This document shows, one piece after another, positions 39,901 through 46,287 of a stretch of 64,000 nucleotides of DNA. The DNA is from a virus (Duplodnaviria > Caudoviricetes). Positions within the stretch are counted from its first letter, which is position 1. The number at the start of each line of letters is the position of its first letter. Where the stretch lies: IMG/VR virus record IMGVR_UViG_3300040811_001959; one strand, written 5' to 3'. Under the pieces are notes generated by a model that was given only the letters and a program-made list of their open reading frames with translations, made no database searches and was not told the DNA's origin. Made by a program: the position numbers and the translations under genes.

Positions 39901-41501
39901 AATGGACTTATAGTGCTGCAGAATCTTTTGATCCTTTAATACCAGATGATCAGCAAGTAGGAAGTATTGTATATCTTGTTGAAGGTATTGGCAACATTGG
40001 AGATACATTACGCATTTATATTAATGCATGGGAAGACAGTGTAGAGTCCGGCGGTGATTATAGATATGGGTACTATGAAAATGGCGAATTTACAGGAACT
40101 CCTGGAGTGTTGCACATCAATAAACCTTTAAACGAAGGAGACCTAATTAAAGTCTATCAATTTAGCAATCATGATAGTCAAAGGATTGATTGGCAAAGTT
40201 TTGATATGGTTGAAAGGACAAAATTAAGTCCTGGGAATATTGATCAAAGTTATACAAATATTGTTACAGATTTAAATCAAATTTACGTTGCATTTACTTT
40301 GCAAAGTGATAAATTTTACGCAATTTATAGGAATGGGTTTAGGGTAGATGATCAATTTTATGGTACTACTACCCAAGGTAATCAAGCAGCAGAAATTCAA
40401 ACACCTATTGGTAATGGTACAAATTATTTAAATTTTAATGAAATAGGATTAAATGTTTTAGCTGGCGATATTGTAAAAGTTGAAGAAATAAATGCTCAAA
40501 TTAATATAGACCAAGATTCGCAAAATTATTATGAATTTAAACAATTACGTAATGGATTGATTCCTTTAAATTATCCTGCTGTAACAGATAGTTATGTGTT
40601 TGTAGCTGTAAATGGAAAAATGTTGCATGCCAGTATTGATTACTATGTTACAACTGATAAAATGCATGTAAAATTAGCGCAACCTTTGCTAGAGGACGAT
40701 GTTGTACAAACAATACATTTTAGTAATCCGCAACAAACAAAGAAATTTGCATGGAGACAGTTTACTGATATACTTAATAGGAATCATTATAGCATTATAG
40801 ACGGGCAAAAGAATGTTAGATTAAGACAAGATTTACATTGGTATGACAAAGTAATTGTTGTTGATAACGAGGAAGCATTACCTGCTCCTACTTTAGAAAG
40901 TAAGTATCCTGGTGTAATATTTATAAATGGCGAAAGGATAGAGTATAGAGCAAGACATGGTAATATATTACAACATTTAAGAAGAGGAACATTAGGAACA
41001 GGTGTAAAAGATATATATTATTCTGGAACAGAAATTTATGATCAATCAATTGATAAGCTTTTACCTTATAAAGATGAAACAATTGTTGTAAATATAGTAG
41101 CAGATGGCAATTCGAATGAATTTACATTAGATTTTGTGGCTAATTCTGTTAACGAGTTTGAAGTTTTTGTAGGAGGTGTAAGACTTAGAAAAACTCCTTT
41201 AGAATCATATGAACTTGACACTGTAAACAGAATAAATTATGGAACAAACAATGAACATATATCACAGGACTCTCCCGAAGGAGATGTAACATTACCTCCT
41301 GAATTTGTTTTAGAAAAAAATATTTTGCGTTTAACAAAAATAGACGAAGTTGGAAACAATGTTTATCCCTCAGCAGGAACAGTTATAACCATAATTAGAA
41401 AAATTGGAAAAATATGGACAGAAGCAGGACAAAAGTTAGTTGATAGCGAATCGCCTATTAGTAGAATGATTAGATCAGTTGAAGCTGATTTACCAAGATA
41501 A
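24936..41501 (+). CDS. Giant (5521 aa) multidomain baseplate/virion structural protein, in the gp7 position
   Basis: Single uninterrupted 16.6-kb ORF after gp6. The N-terminus 'LP.YF.T..NKKFL.ATLDQ..QPG' is wedge-like. It contains FG-GAP-type propeller blades, CBM5/12-like repeats and glycine-turn repeats. Confidence 0.75.
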   Translation: MAYKDNQTDPALPADNLPRRETVNHLPKYFRTDFNKKFLNATLDQMVQPGVVEKINGFYGKKNAKAFDANDNYINDITPDRQNYQLEPITISKDNLNNINFFADYNDYINFIKIRHGNLDHSVLNSQEYYSWNPHINWDKFINFREYYWLPNGPETITISGQSKEVVSEYTVSLRDNDDNFTYIFTPDGLTNNPSLTLYRGQTYRFDVNTPNYPIAFVSRITFTPGEEIDAEYNSSLIYTNGIKKIDRDGLEITADFVDDGIIEFVVPEVAPDNLFYISKDDPNLSGIIKIFDVVENTEINVDKEILGKKSYLTSGGFHLSNGMKIEFAGNVFPEEFSTGEYYVEGVGEKIELIDTNRLKLSSLFVDDLEIPFDDNGFDQYPYSEALGYAVSKDYITINRSSIDGNLWSKYNRWFHIDVIEQSLKINNQAIEINQNLRAKRPIIEFEKNLKLFEFGTVAKNDVWLVDDVTTDVFSTIEGSIGYNIDGVDLTEGIRILFLADNDILVKGKIFKVKFITVNNNTQITLIEEPDTNPIENENVLVREGKTYKSKSLYYDGNEWKICQQKNNVNQAPLFDMYDYNGVAFTDSNVYPFSQFSGNKIFSYKESSNTIDVELGFGLSYRNIVNSGDIIFEFNLLQDSFPFTNNNNLVTEVKTDIGFLRKYSSLTDYVSVNGWSTASTKTQQVVIRQYVVEDVTNLFEIDVYDNYIDDKELWLRVYVNGNIKELDKDYFLERNVNDDLFINFVIPIKLKDNIIIKTKYKSIKNDNGYYELPYSLERNPLNENVTDFTLGEVIDHGSTIVEESTSFRGKFPGKSNLRDLGNLSIYGRKFLKHTCPLNLSIYHLLDKDVNVLAAIDNANDLYGKFKRQFVEIANDLGYNGPIKEHVDLILDEYTKGKNNKDPYFFSDMAASKGVIVYKEIIVDTDQRYFQLSKIHNNNMLGNKAVSVYRNGKQLIYGQDYTFNTEGFVDFFGFKKVDDIIEICEYDNTNGSYIPPTPTKLGLYPKYIPEIFIDNTNNSFITEENKGPYKFYGLQKNEPNDEDILGWFYPLYLDYDLACISDENNECVIITFAGLNRVFYMPKSDQNKGAQDSIYFDEWNEGNVYIQGHDGSLVYAYKDFRDELILEIEKRIYNNIKINYDTNLFDINEIIPGRYRNTNITRSSLNDPLISDFIKWTRFINVEYAMHQYFDVNNSFTYNYNGSKLDNYEVSPGWWRQIYTYLFDTDRPHTHPWEMLGFSIKPIWWDDQYGSYPYTSDNLLMWSDIEKGIIRQPNFFINKKYTRPGLTKIIPVDNKGNLVSPSKSGVIKYYDKKLVKKSFVFGDGSPVETVWRRSSNYRFSLIKSLILCKPSYVFGTGFDRANQVRNDSEQIIYLPTQNHFRLQDLVFPYVENENFYTSGLINYIAENQNTLFFNNYENYRNILVSLNNQISFKVGGFTDKDKFKLILDSRTPLNEGNVFIPLENYDILFLKSYPIDEYVYSGVVIEKQAEGWYISGYDTAYSKFKYIPIIPRDADTTINVGGISKSYVTWEAGKTYAIDAIVKVGDDSFYRCKITHVSGDNFDNSKFVTLPRLPIVGGVDAKTRRYFSQNVEELSYGTLLYDIQEVVDFLYGYGHYLKTVGFTFDRFVESQLEVADWSYAVKQFLFWTTQNWGAGSLITVSPGADRLNFSTNYGSVGNVIDTSQGYSIYKADGTVIKTSEVNFNRDNDNNFSVTTTGNDGIYFIRIPTNYAEHVVIIDDRTEFNDIIYEKNSGYRQERIKVIGYRTNAWKGSLDIPGFFYDDAKVKEWQQYVAYNVGDIVKYKEFYFVAKNKIDAVENFDFTDWKKLDTLKEAGLYTNFDYRIEQFKDFYDLDSDNLDVEQQKMAQHLIGYQKRNYLQNIINNDVSQFKFYQGFIQDKGSKNSLTKLFDVLASADKDSLEFYEEWAIRQGVYGAVDNFYEFDFKLNESKFRLTPQPVEINVNNKDNIDLIYRINPTEAYFSDGNSSSPFPSFNNTKTYVKHAGYVSPSDVDYTLADYTDLLKVNLNDIKVNEYFWIGNDPNGWNIYQYKNYNKFIKFEVIGTDNLALEFEFDIEDDFQIGQIVGVSNVEKITFVGQDSTVIANDYVSSFSGVFQITDIQINKIICALTDLALLVQINTDSLQGDTTGIVSIFSSVRVSNLQGLEQLVLKDYQLNKKIWVDEDADKNWSVYQINHEFKLSTSVTNPAKNITSFGNKISINDRNTVLAIADPLQNDGIVYVYTRPSINQNWKLFQILSPEEPDSESFNIGDSEENAGIIFVITNNSVENINLVYKNGEKINEANYSINVENNQVIMTSAILADDTITISFLKHIIPYKFGASLDVENNSNHIIVGAPDASYLKTRIKGTFDPTMNYSSGDIVNYEVQDIGVKNYYRALVDILPESSAQEFNAFFNYSKWLYDNNLYFENSYSFPLLFTGTYNEREETTDHLIIRIPSTVYNGIKVDDQIVLHWNTLTNANQTQLELVERQPFDGLYSQIDNVFLNNKHTILYKFSKIIKVANSAISLSKGQQISSTTANAEIEQAISIGNSNDFIIYLKNIQGSLLQVDSIKVGIQIVGNYELIAPLEEESIVQDEFAGFIAISTPAYTTTYNRTDSGRGLIIRELITEKSPDQNLIYSNILEYDNASLIRILSYEDYNLNNLGEYNPITKNLRYFLIRASKTLTDTYVDDSINFYFNQLPKTVSVLKVRNTRFTTKPVVVKGETLRQKNNSLATVTIFSDTVEIDPATINFSNPVYLIQVQNVSETSFNFIDDLVGSESGELFCRPIEEPVVPKLDTLEEIGLNTNLLINNNLDIWNTWDGYIIYQENRTDSNGLPYVPYAKYIEDGINLTSFDGNNPNERVGQTIREINESGNPTNNTAEVMYVQRIGNNRLILFVNNVQGNWRLGQDQDQPAQLQMDAHPTGQDIFSRLNIFNFDREFGVSVNVILPSEDVGKFFVIDYGSEIQAIFDQVTAQPKNILINQEYWFFNNESIQGLPRLAAYPNNNSVVWERIYSLSIDDTGTASTYEKEGVVFVYKKIGAKYQLVKRLLGPDRQNNYKWGSNLKIGNFQNVSKTFILADNPKRLYFVKDGNDNGIVYNWDYATNKKYKGVYNENETYFTGDIVFVPRNVTENVFSSDIGIFDGTLFESLTNGSVNVLKNNSYEINTDYWKLADELIDYVGFVPNNSGNVQLDSTDISTLSVDGLIKFGLNFDISDNAEVLAVLIKYDNTNKNKISIFRNDQGYYRFSQIIEADTPEIEFGYSFALSSDGNTLAIGAPLFDTKRINVGKVYVYKLENTKFVLKQELSSPNNEIEEMFGITVDINDNLIAVGSANADIKVETTYDSNDTIFDNGLTTFKYTKSDKGAIFVYDDINGHYVYGNKIIYDNPYANSYDLGENFVLKNKFLYVSDPNYTNENGTIGYVLNYSNIENKLYDNISRQKQTVDLSKVKKIFLYNTKTKEIIKYLDYVDVLQGKLPGPAEQNISYKLYYDPAIYSTGGSSVVVDPTTAWTTENVGKIWWDLSTVKYYYPYINDISFSTNFWNKQFLNTNVDLYEWVESPLLPLDWNELSETNEGYSLGITGRAKYTDSYTEKSIYNNVTDRIEKKYYFWVKDAKNIPDLDNRTISAYKLQTLMKDPLNEGYEFVSLISDNEFAIYNCEKFLNDKDVAISFQIYKDTDQRINTHFHYDIITEDIETNKIKENLSVKWIDSLVGYDLYGRSIPDISIGEKYRYGNLTEPRQSWFVNRQQALKEYVQRINRVLKENLIVDSKNLKNLYLKDEYPLESSNQYDLIVDNLDALNLYGIAKAEQASIDITVENGKVVSARIINPGRGYIKTPTFTVIGQGSNLELNFTLNAIGSIVNVDIVNAGENYNNNASVEIRKFTALVLNDETINGKWALYERNYTANSWNRVRSQGYDTRAYWKFIDWYSTGYDSTTPINFIIDFSYQLNSINDTIGNIVKINTIGSGGWLLLKKVDNQDNVDYSINYETIGRENGTIEFLNTLYDPYAAYYNFDLKSFDISFYDDLPTTEVRIIANAIKDDIFVDDLAIEYNRLFFAAIRYVLSEQGYVDWLFKTSFIRVKHNVGNLRKDVTFNNDNLPSYEDYVNEVKPYKTKIREYISSYEKIDNNPLLTADFDLAPAYVDRDKRILPQQIKVFGDVLYGVSDEHMTYPNKNWLDNCYYVVTDIKISYSGYGYKTVPTVRFEGGGGSGVKAVAFLGENGSIVNIEVIDEGSGYLQAPQIYIDGETYNDFAPARVSVILGKPLVRSTLTKIKFDRIAKTIFYSNIDESYTEITSGSKYIFDLYWPMSLLPKDVNVYVNGEKLLFSRYKYENVLDNTKSYTRYLGRVTLVDVPSNYSEVKIEYKKDINLLPALDRLNYYYSPIENQFGNTPNQLLDGIDYGGVEVKSFGFGNTTGWDSHAFFVNQYDTYDTTFEDHVNTVGKNLLYNSNIGYKIQINWTNFAKAVNALVKGDSVEIDNHTLFYSIFNVNQLGEPVTDPLDGTSILNVLDELVSELVLDQNGNVVLDENGDASYQLTPRITIRSVEQILLYGLNSVDLEELAIYNIETQIIPIISTLTGSQVENLINETNSVLNDVKLIFKTPLEENVQYNVYYNGLRIDDINFVTDPTNITNPNATLATIIGDGLQQELILRDIVSDYQTDDVVILRKPTSDGSFLPTDLDYDTLLVGGNLDYTNAKGIESADIVVDGDNFVTHTTSKGPEENVPGLVQDTLDIKVYERPIVGSSNIFSMNYITDGINNTYNIGNYPLSARNLIVKIDKEIVTNYSVNSNKTITFNTLLPAGKRVNITTLDYSGFDVLDVDTIECILSTNIFVVNARWEENLQSEVSVNGKEIDYVIVPSNTEFSDSSNNILIKFGKNINVGDVVRYVIYSNKEGQEKQKFSTTYIDNFIADGSTNIFELTKLPELQQPAEWYTMVLVNNKLLNPGYTETFILTDSREYNLKLHQVPLRTVSFYQLRVFLNERELKHTDEWTYSAAESFDPLIPDDQQVGSIVYLVEGIGNIGDTLRIYINAWEDSVESGGDYRYGYYENGEFTGTPGVLHINKPLNEGDLIKVYQFSNHDSQRIDWQSFDMVERTKLSPGNIDQSYTNIVTDLNQIYVAFTLQSDKFYAIYRNGFRVDDQFYGTTTQGNQAAEIQTPIGNGTNYLNFNEIGLNVLAGDIVKVEEINAQINIDQDSQNYYEFKQLRNGLIPLNYPAVTDSYVFVAVNGKMLHASIDYYVTTDKMHVKLAQPLLEDDVVQTIHFSNPQQTKKFAWRQFTDILNRNHYSIIDGQKNVRLRQDLHWYDKVIVVDNEEALPAPTLESKYPGVIFINGERIEYRARHGNILQHLRRGTLGTGVKDIYYSGTEIYDQSIDKLLPYKDETIVVNIVADGNSNEFTLDFVANSVNEFEVFVGGVRLRKTPLESYELDTVNRINYGTNNEHISQDSPEGDVTLPPEFVLEKNILRLTKIDEVGNNVYPSAGTVITIIRKIGKIWTEAGQKLVDSESPISRMIRSVEADLPR

Positions 41502-41504
41502 ATA
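41497..41504 (+). promoter_or_regulatory. Late-promoter motif gATAAATA
   Basis: Overlaps the giant ORF's stop codon, about 18 nt before ATG 41522. Confidence 0.5.
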
Positions 41505-41521
41505 TATACATAGGATTTATT

Positions 41522-42136
41522 ATGAATGATATTTTAAAAGAAAAGTACGGAATTTTAGTCGAAGGATACATTAAAATTTTTGATCCTGAAAGTAAAGAAG
41601 TTTACATAGATAAACGTAATGCAATTCATTATGAGAACATGAGTATTGCATTAGCTCAAAGTATGGCAAATTCAGGTACGGGATTTTTATATCAGATGGT
41701 ATTTGGTAATGGAGGAACAAGTGTTGATCCTACAGGTATAATAACATATCTAACACCAAATAGCACAGGAGTTAATGCAAGTCTGTATAATCAAACCTTT
41801 AGCAAAGTAATTGACGAGAGCAGTATTAATAATAAGGATCCTTTTAGGAATAAAACTGAAATTAGGCATGTAAGTGGAACAAATTATACAGATTTGATTG
41901 TTTCTTGTTTATTAGATTATGGCGAACCTGAGGGTCAAGATGCCTTTGATACCGCTGCAACTGCCGACAGTTTGTATGTTTTTGACGAGTTAGGCTTGCA
42001 GAGTTATAATCCAAATGGAGAAGGAATGCTAGTTACCCATGTCATTTTCCATCCTGTTCAAAAAAGCCTCAATAGATTAATACAGATTGATTACACCGTA
42101 AGAATACAAAGCCTATCAGGAATGTTAGGGGAATAA
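41522..42136 (+). CDS. Virion structural protein (baseplate/fibre-attachment, gp8-position)
   Basis: 204 aa, beta-rich (FGNGGT.VD..G.I.Y.TPN, FDELGL, THVIFHPVQKSLNR.IQIDYTVRI); between the giant wedge protein and the fibres. Confidence 0.55.
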   Translation: MNDILKEKYGILVEGYIKIFDPESKEVYIDKRNAIHYENMSIALAQSMANSGTGFLYQMVFGNGGTSVDPTGIITYLTPNSTGVNASLYNQTFSKVIDESSINNKDPFRNKTEIRHVSGTNYTDLIVSCLLDYGEPEGQDAFDTAATADSLYVFDELGLQSYNPNGEGMLVTHVIFHPVQKSLNRLIQIDYTVRIQSLSGMLGE

Positions 42137-42140
42137 TATT

Positions 42141-44246
42141 ATGCCATATGAAATAAAATTTACAGACTATGTTAATAAATTACAGATTGTTGTAGAAGAT
42201 AATACTATCAATAATGAAACATCATTAAAATTGCCTGGCAGGAATACAACATCTTATGGTACAATAATTGCAGAAAATTTTTTACACTTGCTTGAAAATT
42301 TTGCATCAACATCTGCACCAAGTGTGCCGGTAGAAGGGCAAATATGGTATGATTCATCTGTTGATATTGAACAATTAAAAGTATATAATGGCGTAAATTG
42401 GGTTCCAGCTAATGGTGTGAATAAATCTGTTGCAAAACCAAATTTTGCTCAAGAGGGAGATCTTTGGATTGATAGAGAGAATTTACAGCTTTACATGTAC
42501 ACCGAAGCAAGTTCTTGGGTTCTTATCGGACCAGAGTTTAGTGAAGGTTTAATTACTGGCGCAACTCCACGAGTAACTCTCGGTATAGATAATTTAAATT
42601 ATAATTTTTTACAAATTGATGTAAATTCATCTCCTGTTGCTATCATATCTAATAAAGAATTTACTCCAAAAGCAAAAATTGATGGTTTTACTACTATATA
42701 TCCTGGTATGAATTTATCAACAAAAAAATTAGCAGGTGAAAACAATTTAAAATACATAGGGACAGCAGAAAAAGCAGAAGCATTATATGTTGCTAATGAA
42801 GTTGTACCAGCAGGAAATTTTTTGCGAGCAGATAAAGTTAACACAACCTCGTTTGCAATAAATGTTTTAAATAATGACGGAGTAAATTTTGGTATTAATA
42901 ATGAATTTACTGTTGGTATAGATGGAACAAATGCAGTTCTAAAAAATAATGTTTCAGGTTCTGCAATTGCTATAAAAACAAGATTTGGCGGATTATATAG
43001 TACTGTAATGACAGTTGATTCAAGCAAGAAAGTTGGCATTAATACAAGTAATCCTGATGTTGAATTAGAAATTTCAGGAGATTTAAAATTAAGTATACCA
43101 GTAGATAATCCAAATAAAGGTAAATTAATTGTAAGTAATGTAGAAGATAGTAATAGTTTGATTAACACAGGATCAATTGTAACCTATGGCGGAATTGGCA
43201 TAGCTAAAAGTGTTTCAATTGGTGGCAATTTGTATATGCCTAATACCGAAACAAGTATAATTGAAGTAAATAAAGTTCTACCTGCTAAGGATGCAGATGA
43301 ATTAATTGGAACGCAGGAATCTTATCTTGGTAGTGAGACTTTAAGGTATAACGGAATATTTGCAAAACGTTTTTATGGAGATTTAGAAGGTAATGTTACT
43401 GGTTCAGTAACAGGTAGGGCAGGTTCTGCAAATAAATTAGCAAAGTCATCGGCATTTTCTTTTATAGGCGATTTAGAGATAGATGCCGAAAGTAATAATA
43501 ACGAAACTACAGTGTCTTTTACCGGAACCGGTGAAGCTGTAATATTTCCGGTAAGCATTGCAAAAGAATTTATTGGTAATAAAGCCGAAGTAGAAACTAC
43601 TCAAATCGACGATGAAGTTTTATTGAATAGAATTAGAGAAGATATCGGGCTTAAAAAGATTAGTGTAGAAAATTTATTAGCAAGTGTTCCAATAATGCCA
43701 ATAGGAACGATTGTTCCTTATGCAGGAAAATCAGCACCAACTGGTTGGTTATTGTGCAATGGACAACAGGTAAGAGTTACTGATTATGAAAGATTGTTTG
43801 CAATAATTAAATATACATACTTAGCCCAAGAACTTGTAACATTAGGGTTTTTTGCCGTTCCAGACCTAAGAGGTAGATTTCCGTTAGGAGTTCATAATAT
43901 GGGAAATTTGATTCCAACAGATACAAGAATTACAAATCCAATCGCTGAACAATTAGGCGCAACAAGCGGAACAGAAACAAAAGTTTTATCAAAAGAAAAT
44001 TTACCAGATCACGAACATTCTTTGCAATACCAAGATCACAATTTTTATGCAGTTAATCAACAAGACTTCTTTGTTCAGGATAGTGCGATAAAAGATTATC
44101 CTTATTATGAACAAATAGGCCAAGATACAGGTTATGCTGTTGATAAAACTTCAGGAATTGAAACCCAAGAAACTACAATTTTTAGCCAACCTTTTGACGT
44201 AATGAATCCGTTTTTGGTTTTAAATTATATTATATATGCAGGATAA
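42141..44246 (+). CDS. Baseplate-attached fibre protein with C-terminal phage tail-collar domain (paralog 1)
   Basis: N-terminal module shared with the next two genes (ENF..LLENFA...P..P..GQ.WYD). Collar motif MPIGTIVPYAGKSAPTGWLLCNGQ...VPDLRGRFPLG near the C-terminus. Confidence 0.75.
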   Translation: MPYEIKFTDYVNKLQIVVEDNTINNETSLKLPGRNTTSYGTIIAENFLHLLENFASTSAPSVPVEGQIWYDSSVDIEQLKVYNGVNWVPANGVNKSVAKPNFAQEGDLWIDRENLQLYMYTEASSWVLIGPEFSEGLITGATPRVTLGIDNLNYNFLQIDVNSSPVAIISNKEFTPKAKIDGFTTIYPGMNLSTKKLAGENNLKYIGTAEKAEALYVANEVVPAGNFLRADKVNTTSFAINVLNNDGVNFGINNEFTVGIDGTNAVLKNNVSGSAIAIKTRFGGLYSTVMTVDSSKKVGINTSNPDVELEISGDLKLSIPVDNPNKGKLIVSNVEDSNSLINTGSIVTYGGIGIAKSVSIGGNLYMPNTETSIIEVNKVLPAKDADELIGTQESYLGSETLRYNGIFAKRFYGDLEGNVTGSVTGRAGSANKLAKSSAFSFIGDLEIDAESNNNETTVSFTGTGEAVIFPVSIAKEFIGNKAEVETTQIDDEVLLNRIREDIGLKKISVENLLASVPIMPIGTIVPYAGKSAPTGWLLCNGQQVRVTDYERLFAIIKYTYLAQELVTLGFFAVPDLRGRFPLGVHNMGNLIPTDTRITNPIAEQLGATSGTETKVLSKENLPDHEHSLQYQDHNFYAVNQQDFFVQDSAIKDYPYYEQIGQDTGYAVDKTSGIETQETTIFSQPFDVMNPFLVLNYIIYAG

Positions 44247-44254
44247 TTAAAAAA

Positions 44255-46273
44255 ATGAGTTATAGAATAAATCGCACTGACGGTGAATTATTAATTGATT
44301 TAACAGATGGTATTATAGATAGTAGTGCAACTGATTTAGTATTAATTGGTAGGAATTATAAAGGTTTTGGTGAATGGGTAAATGAAAATTTTGTTAAATT
44401 GTTAGAAAATTTTGCGTCAACATCACAACCGCCGCATCCTTTGACTGGGCAATTATGGTATGATAAAAGTGTAGGTAGATTAAAAATTTTTAACGGATCG
44501 TCATTTAGATCTGCAACAGGAACTATAGTAAATTCTTCTCTTCCAAACGATTTAATTGAAGGTGACATTTGGATTGATAATAAAAATAATAGATTATATC
44601 TATATGACGGGACAGACCTAACTCTAGTTGGTCCTACGTACGATGCAGGTCAAGGAAAAACAGGTTTTGAATCTCGCACACAAATTGATGTGAATAACGT
44701 ATCTAGAACGGTATTATTGATGTATTTAGGCGGCGTATTATATGGAATATACTCGCCTGAACAAATGTTAATTCCTTATCAGTATAGTATAAATGGTTTA
44801 GAAGCCGATCAAAATGACACCCAAAATCCCAAAAGACAGCGATTGAAAAAAGGATTTAATTTAGCTAGGCCTAGTATTGAAACAGGCACAGAAGGTTTTT
44901 GGTATCACGGAACTGCTGTTAATGCAAAGTATTTAATTGATAATAACGGAAATAAAAAAACAAGTGTTAGCTTTTTGCCAACAGATGGAAATGGAGAAAC
45001 AACAGGCAGTTTAAAAATAAAAAATAGTTCAGGTTTAACAATTGCAAAAGGAGATAAACCATTTGTTGAATTTAAAATTATAGGAACAACAGTTTTTGTT
45101 CAAAATTTAGAAATAAATGGTGATTATGGAGTACGTGTAAAAAATAGCCAATTTCCTAATAATTATTTAGATGCATTTAAGATAGACTCTTCTTTGTATA
45201 AAATAAGTTTATGGCCTGGGTTGCCTACAAATTTATTAAGCACAACACCTAGTTTAGACATGTATGGAGATCTGAATGTAACAGGAAATATTTCTGTTGA
45301 AGGTAGTTTAAGTGTACAAGGCGACTTAACATATATCAATTCGCAAGATTTACAAATAGAAGATAAAACAATAGAATTGGCAGTAAGTTCTAATGGTGTA
45401 AATTTGCCAGACGTTGATTTAGATGGTGGTGGCATAGTATTAAAAGGATCCGAAGGCGATAAAACGTTACTTTATAATGATTCTTTAAAAGCATGGGCAA
45501 CAAATCAAAATATTCACCTTGAAGTTAGTGTTGATAATCCTACTCCGTCGATAAAAATAGACGGAAAAACAATCTTAACTGAAACTGAATTACAATACGT
45601 TACAACAGCCGCAGATTTAACTTCGGTTGGAACTTTAACAAGTTTAACAGTTGATGATATAAACATTGATTCAGCAGCTATAACAAGGATAAATGGCACA
45701 GGAATTACAATAGATTCAAATGGCGGCAATATTGATGTAAGCAATGAAAACATAGTAAATTTAAAAACCCAGGTATGGCCCGCAACATATTCAAATCCTG
45801 ATATGCGGAATTGGGCATCTACAATAGAATATGTTGACAGGGCAGTACAAGGCAAAGAAATATTATTATCAATTGATATCAATGGATTGATCATTGACGG
45901 TGATCCCGATAATACTCCTTTTTATGAAGGAACAATTGATAATATAAGACAGGTATTGAATTATATGTTACCTATTGAAGAATCATTGATAGGAACACGG
46001 GTAAAAATATTAGGAACTAGGATAAAAGATATTACTGCTGTATTTGGAATAACAGTTTCTGAAGAAGATGATACAGTTTTACAAAAATCAAGGGTATCAG
46101 TACGAAATGTTGATAATAGTTCAACAGTTTCGGTAATACAAGACATAGTTAGTAACCCTGCATTTGCAGGAACAACTACTAATATAGATATAGAAATTGA
46201 AAGATTTATATATTCTTATCAAAGCGACGGATTGCGTTGGAATAATACCGGAGTAATTAGGGTTACAGTTTAA
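44255..46273 (+). CDS. Fibre/baseplate protein (paralog 2)
   Basis: Same N-terminal module (GRNYKGFGEWVNENFVKLLENFA); later VEGSLSVQG...IEDKTIEL...GGGIVLKG beta-repeats typical of fibres. Confidence 0.7.
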   Translation: MSYRINRTDGELLIDLTDGIIDSSATDLVLIGRNYKGFGEWVNENFVKLLENFASTSQPPHPLTGQLWYDKSVGRLKIFNGSSFRSATGTIVNSSLPNDLIEGDIWIDNKNNRLYLYDGTDLTLVGPTYDAGQGKTGFESRTQIDVNNVSRTVLLMYLGGVLYGIYSPEQMLIPYQYSINGLEADQNDTQNPKRQRLKKGFNLARPSIETGTEGFWYHGTAVNAKYLIDNNGNKKTSVSFLPTDGNGETTGSLKIKNSSGLTIAKGDKPFVEFKIIGTTVFVQNLEINGDYGVRVKNSQFPNNYLDAFKIDSSLYKISLWPGLPTNLLSTTPSLDMYGDLNVTGNISVEGSLSVQGDLTYINSQDLQIEDKTIELAVSSNGVNLPDVDLDGGGIVLKGSEGDKTLLYNDSLKAWATNQNIHLEVSVDNPTPSIKIDGKTILTETELQYVTTAADLTSVGTLTSLTVDDINIDSAAITRINGTGITIDSNGGNIDVSNENIVNLKTQVWPATYSNPDMRNWASTIEYVDRAVQGKEILLSIDINGLIIDGDPDNTPFYEGTIDNIRQVLNYMLPIEESLIGTRVKILGTRIKDITAVFGITVSEEDDTVLQKSRVSVRNVDNSSTVSVIQDIVSNPAFAGTTTNIDIEIERFIYSYQSDGLRWNNTGVIRVTV

Positions 46274-46287
46274 GATTAGGAAATTAA

